IMG/VR virus record: IMGVR_UViG_3300026985_000012 | Span: 1 to 34,852 of that record | Direction: 5' to 3' (one strand) | Source of the DNA: a virus | Length of the DNA stretch: 34,852 nt | Shown: piece after piece, positions 1-7,195 of the stretch | How the letters are laid out: every line of letters starts with the position of its first letter | Position numbering within the stretch: the first letter of the stretch is position 1 | The notes under the pieces: generated by a model | The model's input: the letters and a program-made list of their open reading frames with translations, nothing else | Database searches by the model: none | Told to the model about the DNA's origin: nothing | Position numbers and translations under genes: made by a program

Positions 1-222
1 ATGACGACGTACGGCTGCCGCATCTGCGACTTCTCAACCACGAGTCCGACCGGGATGTCGTCGCACGGGCGGAAGCACCGGAACGAGTTTGAGAAGATCG
101 TCGGCCGTCGACCTGAAGACTACGACGAGGTTGTCACGTTGCTCCGGGATGGAGAGGCGCCCGCTGACTACGACGGCGAGACAGGATCGCCGGCCACACT
201 GGAGGAGTTCGCCGATGCCTGA
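1..222 (+). CDS. C2H2 zinc-finger protein
   Basis: Y-G-C-R-I-C-x12-H-G-R-K-H is a classical C2H2 spacing; acidic C-terminus; stop overlaps next ATG. Confidence 0.8.
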   Translation: MTTYGCRICDFSTTSPTGMSSHGRKHRNEFEKIVGRRPEDYDEVVTLLRDGEAPADYDGETGSPATLEEFADA

Positions 223-538
223 GGACTGCCCGAACTGCGAGACGGACCTCCTCGTCACTCGGTCCTCTCGACGAGACTGGCGCTTCGAGTGCCAGGGCTG
301 CGAACTCCGGTTCGGCGCCACCGACGTCGAGTGGCTTCCGTACGACGCCGTCGACACGTGGTTCGTCGTGGTGACGCACTTCGGCAGTGCCCTCCACACC
401 TCTCGGACGTGCATCCCGCCGTCGTCGACGGTCGAGACGCTCACACCAGAGGAAGCGAGAGCGCACGACTACGGTCGCTGCGGGACATGCGCGTTCCAGG
501 CGACAGACGCCGACGACACTGCGAGGGCCGACGCATGA
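215..538 (+). CDS. Small Cys-rich zinc-binding protein (107 aa)
   Basis: ATG at 215 overlaps upstream TGA (ATGCCTGA); CPNC, CQGC, H-x4-C and CGTC motifs. Confidence 0.8.
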   Translation: MPEDCPNCETDLLVTRSSRRDWRFECQGCELRFGATDVEWLPYDAVDTWFVVVTHFGSALHTSRTCIPPSSTVETLTPEEARAHDYGRCGTCAFQATDADDTARADA

Positions 539-648
539 GCGAGCGCTATCCCGACGAGGTCGTCGAGGCGGTCGCGAAGAAGTGGCGCATCCCTGAGCCA
601 GAGGCCCGACGACTGCTCGCGACGAGCGACATGGAGGTCGGCCGATGA
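535..648 (+). CDS. Hypothetical protein (37 aa)
   Basis: ATGA overlaps at both ends; MSERYPDEVVEAVAKKWRIPEPEARRLL, helical. Confidence 0.65.
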   Translation: MSERYPDEVVEAVAKKWRIPEPEARRLLATSDMEVGR

Positions 649-905
649 CCGAGACGCTCGACATCGCAGACCTCCCGCGGACGATGCGTGAGCGCCTCGC
701 CGAGGTGCCGTCGACGGCGGTCGTCGTCTACCTCCACCTCCGTAACGAGGGTGGCCCGCGGACCATCGAGCAGATCGCTTACGAGACGGTCCGACCAGAG
801 CGCTCCGTTCGCCGGGCGCTCCGACAGCTCCACGACGAGGAGCTCGTCTCGTGCTCGCCGCGACACACCGATCCGCCGAAGTCCGAATGGGAGGCTGACG
901 GGTGA
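645..905 (+). CDS. Winged helix-turn-helix regulator
   Basis: VYLHL..EGGPRTIEQIAYETVRPERSVRRALRQLHDEELV matches the wHTH pattern. Confidence 0.8.
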   Translation: MTETLDIADLPRTMRERLAEVPSTAVVVYLHLRNEGGPRTIEQIAYETVRPERSVRRALRQLHDEELVSCSPRHTDPPKSEWEADG

Positions 906-930
906 CCGCCAAAATGGCGATCGTGCGACG

Positions 931-937
931 ACTTAAG
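931..937 (+). promoter_or_regulatory. Candidate TATA box for the late/packaging transcript
   Basis: ACTTAAG in a stretch (906-1045) that does not translate as halophilic protein; upstream of the run of + strand late genes. Confidence 0.3.
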
Positions 938-1045
938 CGTGGGGACAAGCAACAGTCGGGTGACGACGCATCGCCACATGATCCCGAGCCCGTGAGGGCG
1001 ATGACAGGGTCAGTCCAACAGCCGTATGCTTCTCCGAGTTCTCCG

Positions 1046-1528
1046 ATGTCCACTACTCAACAGTCACTCGACGAGTTCGCGAGCCGTCGCGAGGTCATCC
1101 CCGGCCGCGTCTTCGAGCGCTACCTCTGGACCAACCCCGAAGTCTGCTCGGAGTGTTTTGCCCGGGTCCGCACCGAACACGAACTCACCGTTGACGACTG
1201 GGGGAACACTGTCTCCGAGCTCAACCGGTCGGGCTCGGGTATCCAAGGATACGACAACGTCAACGGCGGCGGGGTGTACCTCCCGCGAACGTTCTGCGAG
1301 GAGTGTGGTGGTCGGGGGCGTGCCGACCCCGATCCTGACTCGAAGCTGCAGGCGACGCGCCGGGGCTCGCGCATCGGCGATCGCCTCGAGGAGCAGGATA
1401 TCGCCGTCGACCGACCGGCACTCCGCCGAGCAGTTCGGACGCTCAAGTCCAAGCCCGAGCTCGTCGGTCTTGACAAGGAGATCTACGAGCGCGCCACGAA
1501 GATCGCCGTCCGGAGGGCGCAGCGATGA
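1046..1528 (+). CDS. Zinc-binding protein with N-terminal PIP-box-like motif
   Basis: CSEC and CEEC pairs; QQSLDEF near the N-terminus; start chosen at ATG 1046 (GTG 902 is the alternative). Confidence 0.75.
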   Translation: MSTTQQSLDEFASRREVIPGRVFERYLWTNPEVCSECFARVRTEHELTVDDWGNTVSELNRSGSGIQGYDNVNGGGVYLPRTFCEECGGRGRADPDPDSKLQATRRGSRIGDRLEEQDIAVDRPALRRAVRTLKSKPELVGLDKEIYERATKIAVRRAQR

Positions 1529-1704
1529 GCCTCTCGCAGTACGGGCGCGTCGAGTTCCCGTTCGGTGATCGACACCTCATCGGCGACGCCGTCGACTTCG
1601 AACCCGCCGGTGATGTCTCCGGACCCGACGGCCTCCTGGTCGTCGACGTCGAGGGGCTCACCTACCGCGTCGAGGAGTCACGAGTCGAGCGGTTGGACCA
1701 GTAG
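1525..1704 (+). CDS. Hypothetical protein (59 aa), stop codon inside the tRNA
   Basis: Below the ORF-track cutoff; ATGA overlap with upstream gene; MSLSQYGRVEFPFGDRHLIGDAVDFEPAGDVSGPDGLLVVDVEGLTYRVEESRVERLDQ; TAG at 1702-1704. Confidence 0.7.
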   Translation: MSLSQYGRVEFPFGDRHLIGDAVDFEPAGDVSGPDGLLVVDVEGLTYRVEESRVERLDQ

Positions 1705-1768
1705 CTCAGTCTGGGAGAGCACGACGCTGAAGCCGTCGCGTGCCGCGGTTCGAATCCGCGCTGGTCCA
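1695..1768 (+). tRNA. trnF: tRNA-Phe (GAA), CCA not encoded
   Basis: Complete cloverleaf: acceptor GGACCAG/CTGGTCC + A73, D-stem GCTC/GAGC with GG, anticodon stem CGACG/CGTCG, loop CT-GAA-GC (anticodon 1729-1731), T-arm CGCGG-TTCGAAT-CCGCG. Confidence 0.95.
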
Positions 1769-1930
1769 TGTCCCGTGGGGCGCGCCTTCTCCGGAAGGCC
1801 AGGTCACCCCCACGGGAGTGCTGAGGCACACGAGCGGCCGGCGAGCCTCTCGCACTGACGCCGGTCTATCACGAGCGGAGGGCGTTCCATGTTCGGTTGT
1901 AGTTACGCAAACCCTCAAGTCCGGTCGCCT

Positions 1931-2032
1931 TGCGACGCCACAGGTGTGGTCACGGACGGCTCTATGGGCTCGGGCGAAACCAAAGCCTGAGACGGGCCTC
2001 CCCCGTGCGGGGTTCGATACCCCGCGTCGCCT
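1931..2032 (+). ncRNA. tRNA-like structured RNA with an elongated anticodon-position arm
   Basis: T-arm CGGGG-TTCGATA-CCCCG (2008-2024); acceptor-like GCGACG/CGTCGC (1932-1937/2025-2030); D-like hairpin CCAC-AGGT-GTGG; long arm 1951-2007. Confidence 0.5.
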
Positions 2033-2039
2033 TCGACAG

Positions 2040-2165
2040 ATGTCTCGGTCTCACGACAAGCCGCCGATCCCCTCGCGGTATCGCCCCGATCGCTACCCAG
2101 CGTGTGGTTGCCACGTCGACGCCGCGGTCCCGTGTAACTGCCAGTCCTCAGCTGATGTCTCATGA
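2040..2165 (+). CDS. Possible Cys-rich microprotein (41 aa)
   Basis: ATG 2040, CGCH and CNC motifs, ATGA overlap with next gene; not acidic, so uncertain. Confidence 0.4.
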   Translation: MSRSHDKPPIPSRYRPDRYPACGCHVDAAVPCNCQSSADVS

Positions 2166-2470
2166 GTGTCCAACCAGCCCGCAAATGGTACCATCGCGAC
2201 GAGGCTGTCGACGAGTACCGCACGACGCTCAGGGAGGATGGTGAGCAGCTCCCGATGCTCCGGAAGCTGAAGATCATCCGTGCGATCGTCGTCAACATCG
2301 GGATCATCGTCCTCTCGACGTACGCGATCTTCCGCGGTGGGGACCCGACGCTGCTCGGCTTCCTCGCCCTCGCCGTTCTCGGTGCGTACAACGGCCTCGA
2401 ACTCGGCGACTACCTCGCACTCGTCCAGGCGTACAACGAGGTCCAGACTGAAGCCGACAGCGAGGAGTAA
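2162..2470 (+). CDS. Small membrane protein, two predicted TM helices (holin candidate)
   Basis: Hydrophobic IIRAIVVNIGIIVLSTYAIF and LLGFLALAVLGAY segments, acidic C-tail. Confidence 0.75.
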   Translation: MSVQPARKWYHRDEAVDEYRTTLREDGEQLPMLRKLKIIRAIVVNIGIIVLSTYAIFRGGDPTLLGFLALAVLGAYNGLELGDYLALVQAYNEVQTEADSEE

Positions 2471-2539
2471 CTGATCGCCCCAGTGTGCGGGCCGTGTCAC
2501 GCTGGGGAGCATCGAACCCTCAACTCAGAACCTCAACTG

Positions 2540-2926
2540 ATGTCTAACGCAATCACCGTCACGATCGCACCGAACGATAAGTATCGAGAGGTCATCCACG
2601 GCTAGCTCCCAGACGATGAGCCGGTCCCGGAGACCGAAGCCGAGTACCAGGAGCGTGAGCACGCCGATGCCGCTGACGACTACCAGGAGCTCATCGCTGA
2701 GGCGCCGACGGCCGACGAGATCAACATGGACCGCGAAGAGATGGAGACGCTGTCGTGGGACATACTCTCCGTCGCGAGCGATCCAGACCTCGCGGCGAAG
2801 GTCGCGACCTACTTCGACGGTGTCGACTCCGACGAGCCGACCGACCTCATCCGGGCGAAACTCCGGCTACTCGATGTCGATATCTACGTCGACGCTCAGG
2901 TCGCCGCCCGCGAGGAGCTACGGTAA
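2540..2926 (+). pseudogene. Acidic hypothetical gene interrupted by an in-frame TAG (nonsense allele or readthrough)
   Basis: ATG 2540, 21 codons, TAG 2603-2605, then the same frame continues as acidic protein (LPDDEPVPETEAEYQERE...) into the 2726-2926 ORF. Confidence 0.6.
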
Positions 2927-2932
2927 CACATC

Positions 2933-3508
2933 ATGACTGAGGACCTCACCGAGATCGACGGCGTCGGCGATGCGATAGCGGAGCAGCTGCGCGACGCCGG
3001 CTTCGAGACCGTCGCCGACGTCGAGGGCGCGACCGTCGATGAGCTCGCCGACGTCCACATGCTGGGTGAGGCCTCCGCGAAGGCGATCCTCGACGACGAT
3101 GACGGCTCCTCGAAGGGGCGAGACTTCACGATCGACGAGAGCGACCACGAGGACATCCTCGAGGCAGCTCGGCTCGGGAAGTCCGAACGTGGCTGTGCCC
3201 GTGCAGCCGGCGTCTCGTCGTGGGCACAACTCGATCGATACCTCGACGCCCACGACGATTTCCGGAGCAGCTTCGAGCGCGCTCGCGCACGAGGCGAGTC
3301 CGAGCTCATCGACGGCGGCCTTCGCGACGACGACGTCGACACGTCGATGGCGAAGTTCCTCCTTGCCTCCTCGTTCGACTACAAGAAGACAGAGAAGCGC
3401 GAGGTCGAGGCTGACGTCGACCAGACGACGACGCACGAACTCGGCGAAGACGAGAAGGAGATCGCCCTGGAGGCCATCCGCGAGATGCAGGAGCGTGAGT
3501 CCGCATGA
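2933..3508 (+). CDS. terS: Terminase small subunit with N-terminal helix-hairpin-helix domain
   Basis: Directly upstream of terL; DLTEIDGVGDAIAEQLRDAGFETVADV is HhH-like; central HTH (ILEAARLGKSERGCARAAGVS). Confidence 0.75.
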   Translation: MTEDLTEIDGVGDAIAEQLRDAGFETVADVEGATVDELADVHMLGEASAKAILDDDDGSSKGRDFTIDESDHEDILEAARLGKSERGCARAAGVSSWAQLDRYLDAHDDFRSSFERARARGESELIDGGLRDDDVDTSMAKFLLASSFDYKKTEKREVEADVDQTTTHELGEDEKEIALEAIREMQERESA

Positions 3509-5100
3509 GTGCTGAACAGAAGATCGCCGACGTCGCGACGGGCGAGGATCTCGGGGGGAAGCGGGACCTCCTCAACCCGTGGGATCCTGAGACGCCGGCG
3601 ACGATCCTCGACGCCGCGAACGAGCTCTGTCGGGGCTACATGCGCGACGAGCGCGACGGCTACCACCAGCTGGGCGATCACCACGGCGAGTGGCTGCGCC
3701 TCTTGGACGACGAGCGGAAGCTCGTGCTCAACTGCCACAGGGACGGGTTAAAGACGACGACGGTGCTCTGCTACATCCTCCTCCGCCTGGAGTACGACGA
3801 CGGCTTCCGCGTCATCTGGGCGATGAACAACAAGGGGATGACGAAGAAGAAGACGGACCTCGAACTCAACCGGTTCGTCGAGCGGAACCCGTGGCTCACC
3901 AACCTCCAGGAGGACCAGCGCCGAGCCGACACGATCGACCTGAAGGAGTTCGGCAACGGATCGACGCTCGTCGCGACGTGGCTCGACGGCGGGATCGACG
4001 GCGACCGCGCGCACCTGCTCGTCCTCGACGACCTGATCAAGGCACGCGGCGACGGCGACCCGGAGGACGTCCGCGAGTGGATCGAAGGGTCGGCCGTCCC
4101 TGGTGTGAAGGACGACGGCCGAACCGTGCTCATCGGGACGCGGAAGCGAACCGACGACCAGTACCAGCACTACCGGTCGATGCCGGCGTACACCGCCGCG
4201 GAGTTCCCCGCGGTCCTCGAGTACTGGGAGCAGGGCAACGCGACCGACGACGACCTCGAGGAGCGGCGCCCGCCCGAGAAGTACTACACCGAGGTCACCG
4301 ACCCGTGGAACCCCGACCAGACGGTCCACGTGCTGTGGCCGGGTGCTCGTGGCCCGGCGTGGCTCGCAGACAAGCGTGACGAGATGGCCGACTTCCGCTT
4401 CTGGCGGGAGTACTGCCTCACGTTCATCGGCGGGTCGGGGAACCTCGTCGACAGTGACGCCATCAACCTCGGCGTCGACGACGGTGGGTGCTCCATCCGC
4501 GACAGGTCGCCGCCACGGAAGTACCGCGCCGGGAAGGGCGAGGCGATCGTCGTCGGGCACGACCCGGCGATGTCACCCACGGGCGACGACGCGGCGTTCG
4601 TCGTCCAACTCCTGCGACGGAGTGGCGAGCGCGTCCTCCTCGACGCCCACGCCGAGAAGGGCATGTCGCCCTCTGGCGTGAAGGCTCGCCTCCAGGAGTA
4701 CGACCGCCGGTACGACCCGGCGCTGATCGTCATCGAGGACAACGGGATGCAGCAGTACGTCGTCGAGGACGCCATCGAGTTCTCGCCGGCGCTGCGCTCG
4801 AAGGTGACCGGCCTGTCGACGACGTCGTCGAAGCACTCGTGGGAGAACGGCATCCCGCGCCTTCGGACGCTCGTCGAGCAGGGTGGCATCCAGTTCTACC
4901 GCGGGCATGACGCCACTGAGGACTGGGTCCAGGCAGCACTCTCGCTCGAGCTCGACGACGGAAAGCTGCAGGGCCACACGCCCGACCTGATCGCGGCGTG
5001 GTACATGGCCGAGCAGGGGCTGCGCCGGTTCGAGTACGGCCAGGATCGCGACGCCGGCGACGACGATGACGATGACTCCACTGGAGTGAGCTACCTATGA
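3505..5100 (+). CDS. terL: Terminase large subunit
   Basis: Walker A-like HRDGLKTT, Walker B LLVLDDL, IGTR coupling motif, RNase H-like nuclease VGHDPA...DD and PDL. Confidence 0.93.
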   Translation: MSAEQKIADVATGEDLGGKRDLLNPWDPETPATILDAANELCRGYMRDERDGYHQLGDHHGEWLRLLDDERKLVLNCHRDGLKTTTVLCYILLRLEYDDGFRVIWAMNNKGMTKKKTDLELNRFVERNPWLTNLQEDQRRADTIDLKEFGNGSTLVATWLDGGIDGDRAHLLVLDDLIKARGDGDPEDVREWIEGSAVPGVKDDGRTVLIGTRKRTDDQYQHYRSMPAYTAAEFPAVLEYWEQGNATDDDLEERRPPEKYYTEVTDPWNPDQTVHVLWPGARGPAWLADKRDEMADFRFWREYCLTFIGGSGNLVDSDAINLGVDDGGCSIRDRSPPRKYRAGKGEAIVVGHDPAMSPTGDDAAFVVQLLRRSGERVLLDAHAEKGMSPSGVKARLQEYDRRYDPALIVIEDNGMQQYVVEDAIEFSPALRSKVTGLSTTSSKHSWENGIPRLRTLVEQGGIQFYRGHDATEDWVQAALSLELDDGKLQGHTPDLIAAWYMAEQGLRRFEYGQDRDAGDDDDDDSTGVSYL

Positions 5101-6998
5101 GTTCTGACACCACCGACGACGCTGGCGACCAAGTCACGTTGTCCGTCGAGACGCTGGGGAACAAGTCGGCGATGACCAAGGCGGAGGAGACGACGCAGCT
5201 GGACGAGCGTCGCATCGCGACGGACGTCGGTCGCGGGATCGTCCCGCCGTACGACCCGGGCGTCCTCGCGTCGTTCCAGGAGATCAACGAGACGCACCAG
5301 GCGTGCGTCCGCAAGAAGGCGCGCTACGAGGTCGGCTACGGCTTCGACATCGTCCCGCACCCGAGCGCCGACGAGCCGGACAAGGACGAGGACAGCGAGT
5401 ACTCAGCCGCTCGAGACTTCTGGTACGGGTCAGACAGTCGGTGGCAGATCGGCCCCGAGGGGACGGCGACGTCGACGCCCGAAGAGGTGCTCGAACTCGC
5501 CCGGCAGGACTACCACGGGATCGGATGGGCCAGCCTCGAGATCCTCGTCGAGGGCGACGGCACGCCGGTCGGGCTCGCCCATGTGCCGTCGGCGACGACG
5601 CGCGTCCGGAAGACGACCACGGAGACCGAAAACGGCGAAGAGGTCATCAAGAGCGGTCACGGCTACGTCCAGATCCGCCAGGGGCGCCGGCGGTACTTCG
5701 GCGAGGCCGGCGATCGGTACGGCGACGACCCGACGTTCGTCGATAAGGAGACGGGCCAGGTCGAGAGTTCCGCCGACGAGCTCCCGAACGGGCCAGCGAA
5801 CGAGCTCATCTTCATGCCGAACCCGTCGCCGCTGTCGCTCTACTACGGCATCCCCGACTGGGTCGCCGCGATGCAGACGATGGGCGCCGACCAGTCCGCC
5901 AAGGAGTGGAACCACGACATCTTCGAGAACCTCGGCATCCCGTACTACGCGATCAAGGTGACCGGCGGCACGCTCACTGAGGACTCCAAGGACGAGCTGC
6001 GGGAGCTGATGGACAACCTGAAGGGGTCGCGGTATCGGACGGCCATCCTCGAGGTGGAGGACTTCGAGTTCGAGGAGGACAACCCGCTCCAGGACGGCGA
6101 CCCCTCGGACGTCGAGATCACGCTGGAGCCGATCGGCTCGCGGGAGGACCTCGACATGGAGTTCGAGCAGTTCCGCGAGCGCGCCGAGCACGAGATCGCC
6201 AAGGTCCACGAGGTGCCGCCGATCCTCATCAACGTGACGTCGACGTCGAACCGGTCGAACTCCGAGGCGCAGGTGCAGGAGTTCGCGAACGACGTGATCG
6301 CGCCGGAGCAGGCGAAGTTCGAGGCGCGGCTCTACAAGATCCTCCACCAGACGGCGCTCGGCGTCGACGACTGGACGATCGACTTCGAGCTCCGCGGCGG
6401 GGACAACCGGAAAGAGGAGGCGCAGCTGGCCGAGCAGCGTGTCCGGGCGATGCGGCTCGCCGGCGTCGGCACCGTCAACGAGGCCCGCGAAGAGCTCGGG
6501 CTGGAGCCGCATGAGGACGACGAGATCGGCCAGATGACGCTCCAAGAGTTCGAGTCGTTCTACTCGGACACCGGCGGGGGCGGCGAAGGAGACGGCGAGA
6601 CCGAGGCCGCACGCCCGATCGGTGCGCCGCCGAAGGAGAAGCAACTCGGGACACGCGACTGGGCGACCGTCGAGTCGTCGCTCGCGACGAAGGACGCGAT
6701 CGAGACGACGCAGTTCTCGAGCTCGAACCTCGACGAGGGACTGTACGACATCGAGGCCCAGGAGCTGTACCTCTCGTTCCAGCGTGAGAATGGGGAGTCC
6801 TCGCTGTACGTCTACGTCAACGTCCCGAACTCGGTGTGGGCGTCACTGAACAGCGCGGGCTCGGTGGGATCGTACCACTACGAGAACATCCGTCTCGAGT
6901 ACCCGTACCTAGAGGTGACGAACTTCCACGATCGCCTCCCCGAGGGCCCGGCGCCCGATTCGGAGGACGTCCCCGACGACATCCCGGACGACATCTGA
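5097..6998 (+). CDS. Portal protein with C-terminal KTSC domain
   Basis: Follows terL; PBSX/HK97-portal-like motifs (YYGIPDW, IAKVHEVPP, NRSNSEAQ, TVNEAREELGLEP); KTSC-like SSNL..GLYD...L.L.F......YVYVNVP...SAGSVGSY..ENIR..Y at 6711-6917. Confidence 0.9.
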   Translation: MSSDTTDDAGDQVTLSVETLGNKSAMTKAEETTQLDERRIATDVGRGIVPPYDPGVLASFQEINETHQACVRKKARYEVGYGFDIVPHPSADEPDKDEDSEYSAARDFWYGSDSRWQIGPEGTATSTPEEVLELARQDYHGIGWASLEILVEGDGTPVGLAHVPSATTRVRKTTTETENGEEVIKSGHGYVQIRQGRRRYFGEAGDRYGDDPTFVDKETGQVESSADELPNGPANELIFMPNPSPLSLYYGIPDWVAAMQTMGADQSAKEWNHDIFENLGIPYYAIKVTGGTLTEDSKDELRELMDNLKGSRYRTAILEVEDFEFEEDNPLQDGDPSDVEITLEPIGSREDLDMEFEQFRERAEHEIAKVHEVPPILINVTSTSNRSNSEAQVQEFANDVIAPEQAKFEARLYKILHQTALGVDDWTIDFELRGGDNRKEEAQLAEQRVRAMRLAGVGTVNEAREELGLEPHEDDEIGQMTLQEFESFYSDTGGGGEGDGETEAARPIGAPPKEKQLGTRDWATVESSLATKDAIETTQFSSSNLDEGLYDIEAQELYLSFQRENGESSLYVYVNVPNSVWASLNSAGSVGSYHYENIRLEYPYLEVTNFHDRLPEGPAPDSEDVPDDIPDDI

Positions 6999-7081
6999 CA
7001 CAGCTCACCGATGACCGTCAGCGTGGGAGCGCCCGACTCCCCACGCGAGCGAGGTACGACCGGGGCAGACGGATTCTGAAC

Positions 7082-7192
7082 ATGAGCAACAGCGATAAAG
7101 AGCGCGGCGAGAAGCGCGGCGTCATCGAGACCGGTCGTATCACGAACGACGACGAGGACGCCGACGACTCCGCCGCCGACGAGGAGGACTGA
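7082..7192 (+). CDS. Hypothetical acidic peptide (36 aa)
   Basis: ATG 7082, MSNSDKERGEKRGVIETG...DEED, ends 3 nt before the protease start. Confidence 0.55.
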   Translation: MSNSDKERGEKRGVIETGRITNDDEDADDSAADEED

Positions 7193-7195
7193 CAC

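Noticed and set aside
902-1045. 48-aa N-terminal extension of the 902-1528 ORF from a GTGA overlap
   Set aside because: The extension is basic/low-complexity and contains a TATA-like ACTTAAG and a hairpin; treated as promoter/leader, though not excluded.
1695-1768. tRNA-Phe as an integration (att) remnant
   Set aside because: Complete cloverleaf embedded in the late operon, ~32 kb from the integrase in this window, and no second copy of its 3' end was seen.
1769-1845. Possible HDV-like (theta) ribozyme after the tRNA: long stem, small hairpin, then ACGA
   Set aside because: Could not place P3/L3 directly before the P1 3' strand, or the P1.1 GG; the nested double pseudoknot does not fit by eye. 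A motif search could still be run.
2478-2507. Hairpin CCCCAGTGTG/CACGCTGGGG between 2162-2470 and 2540
   Set aside because: Single intergenic stem with no T-tract or other support; likely an ordinary mRNA stability element.
3730-3765. TerL Walker A reads HRDGLKTT rather than GxxxxGKT
   Set aside because: R-x-x-x-K-T/S variants are common in large terminases; Walker B and nuclease acidic residues are intact.
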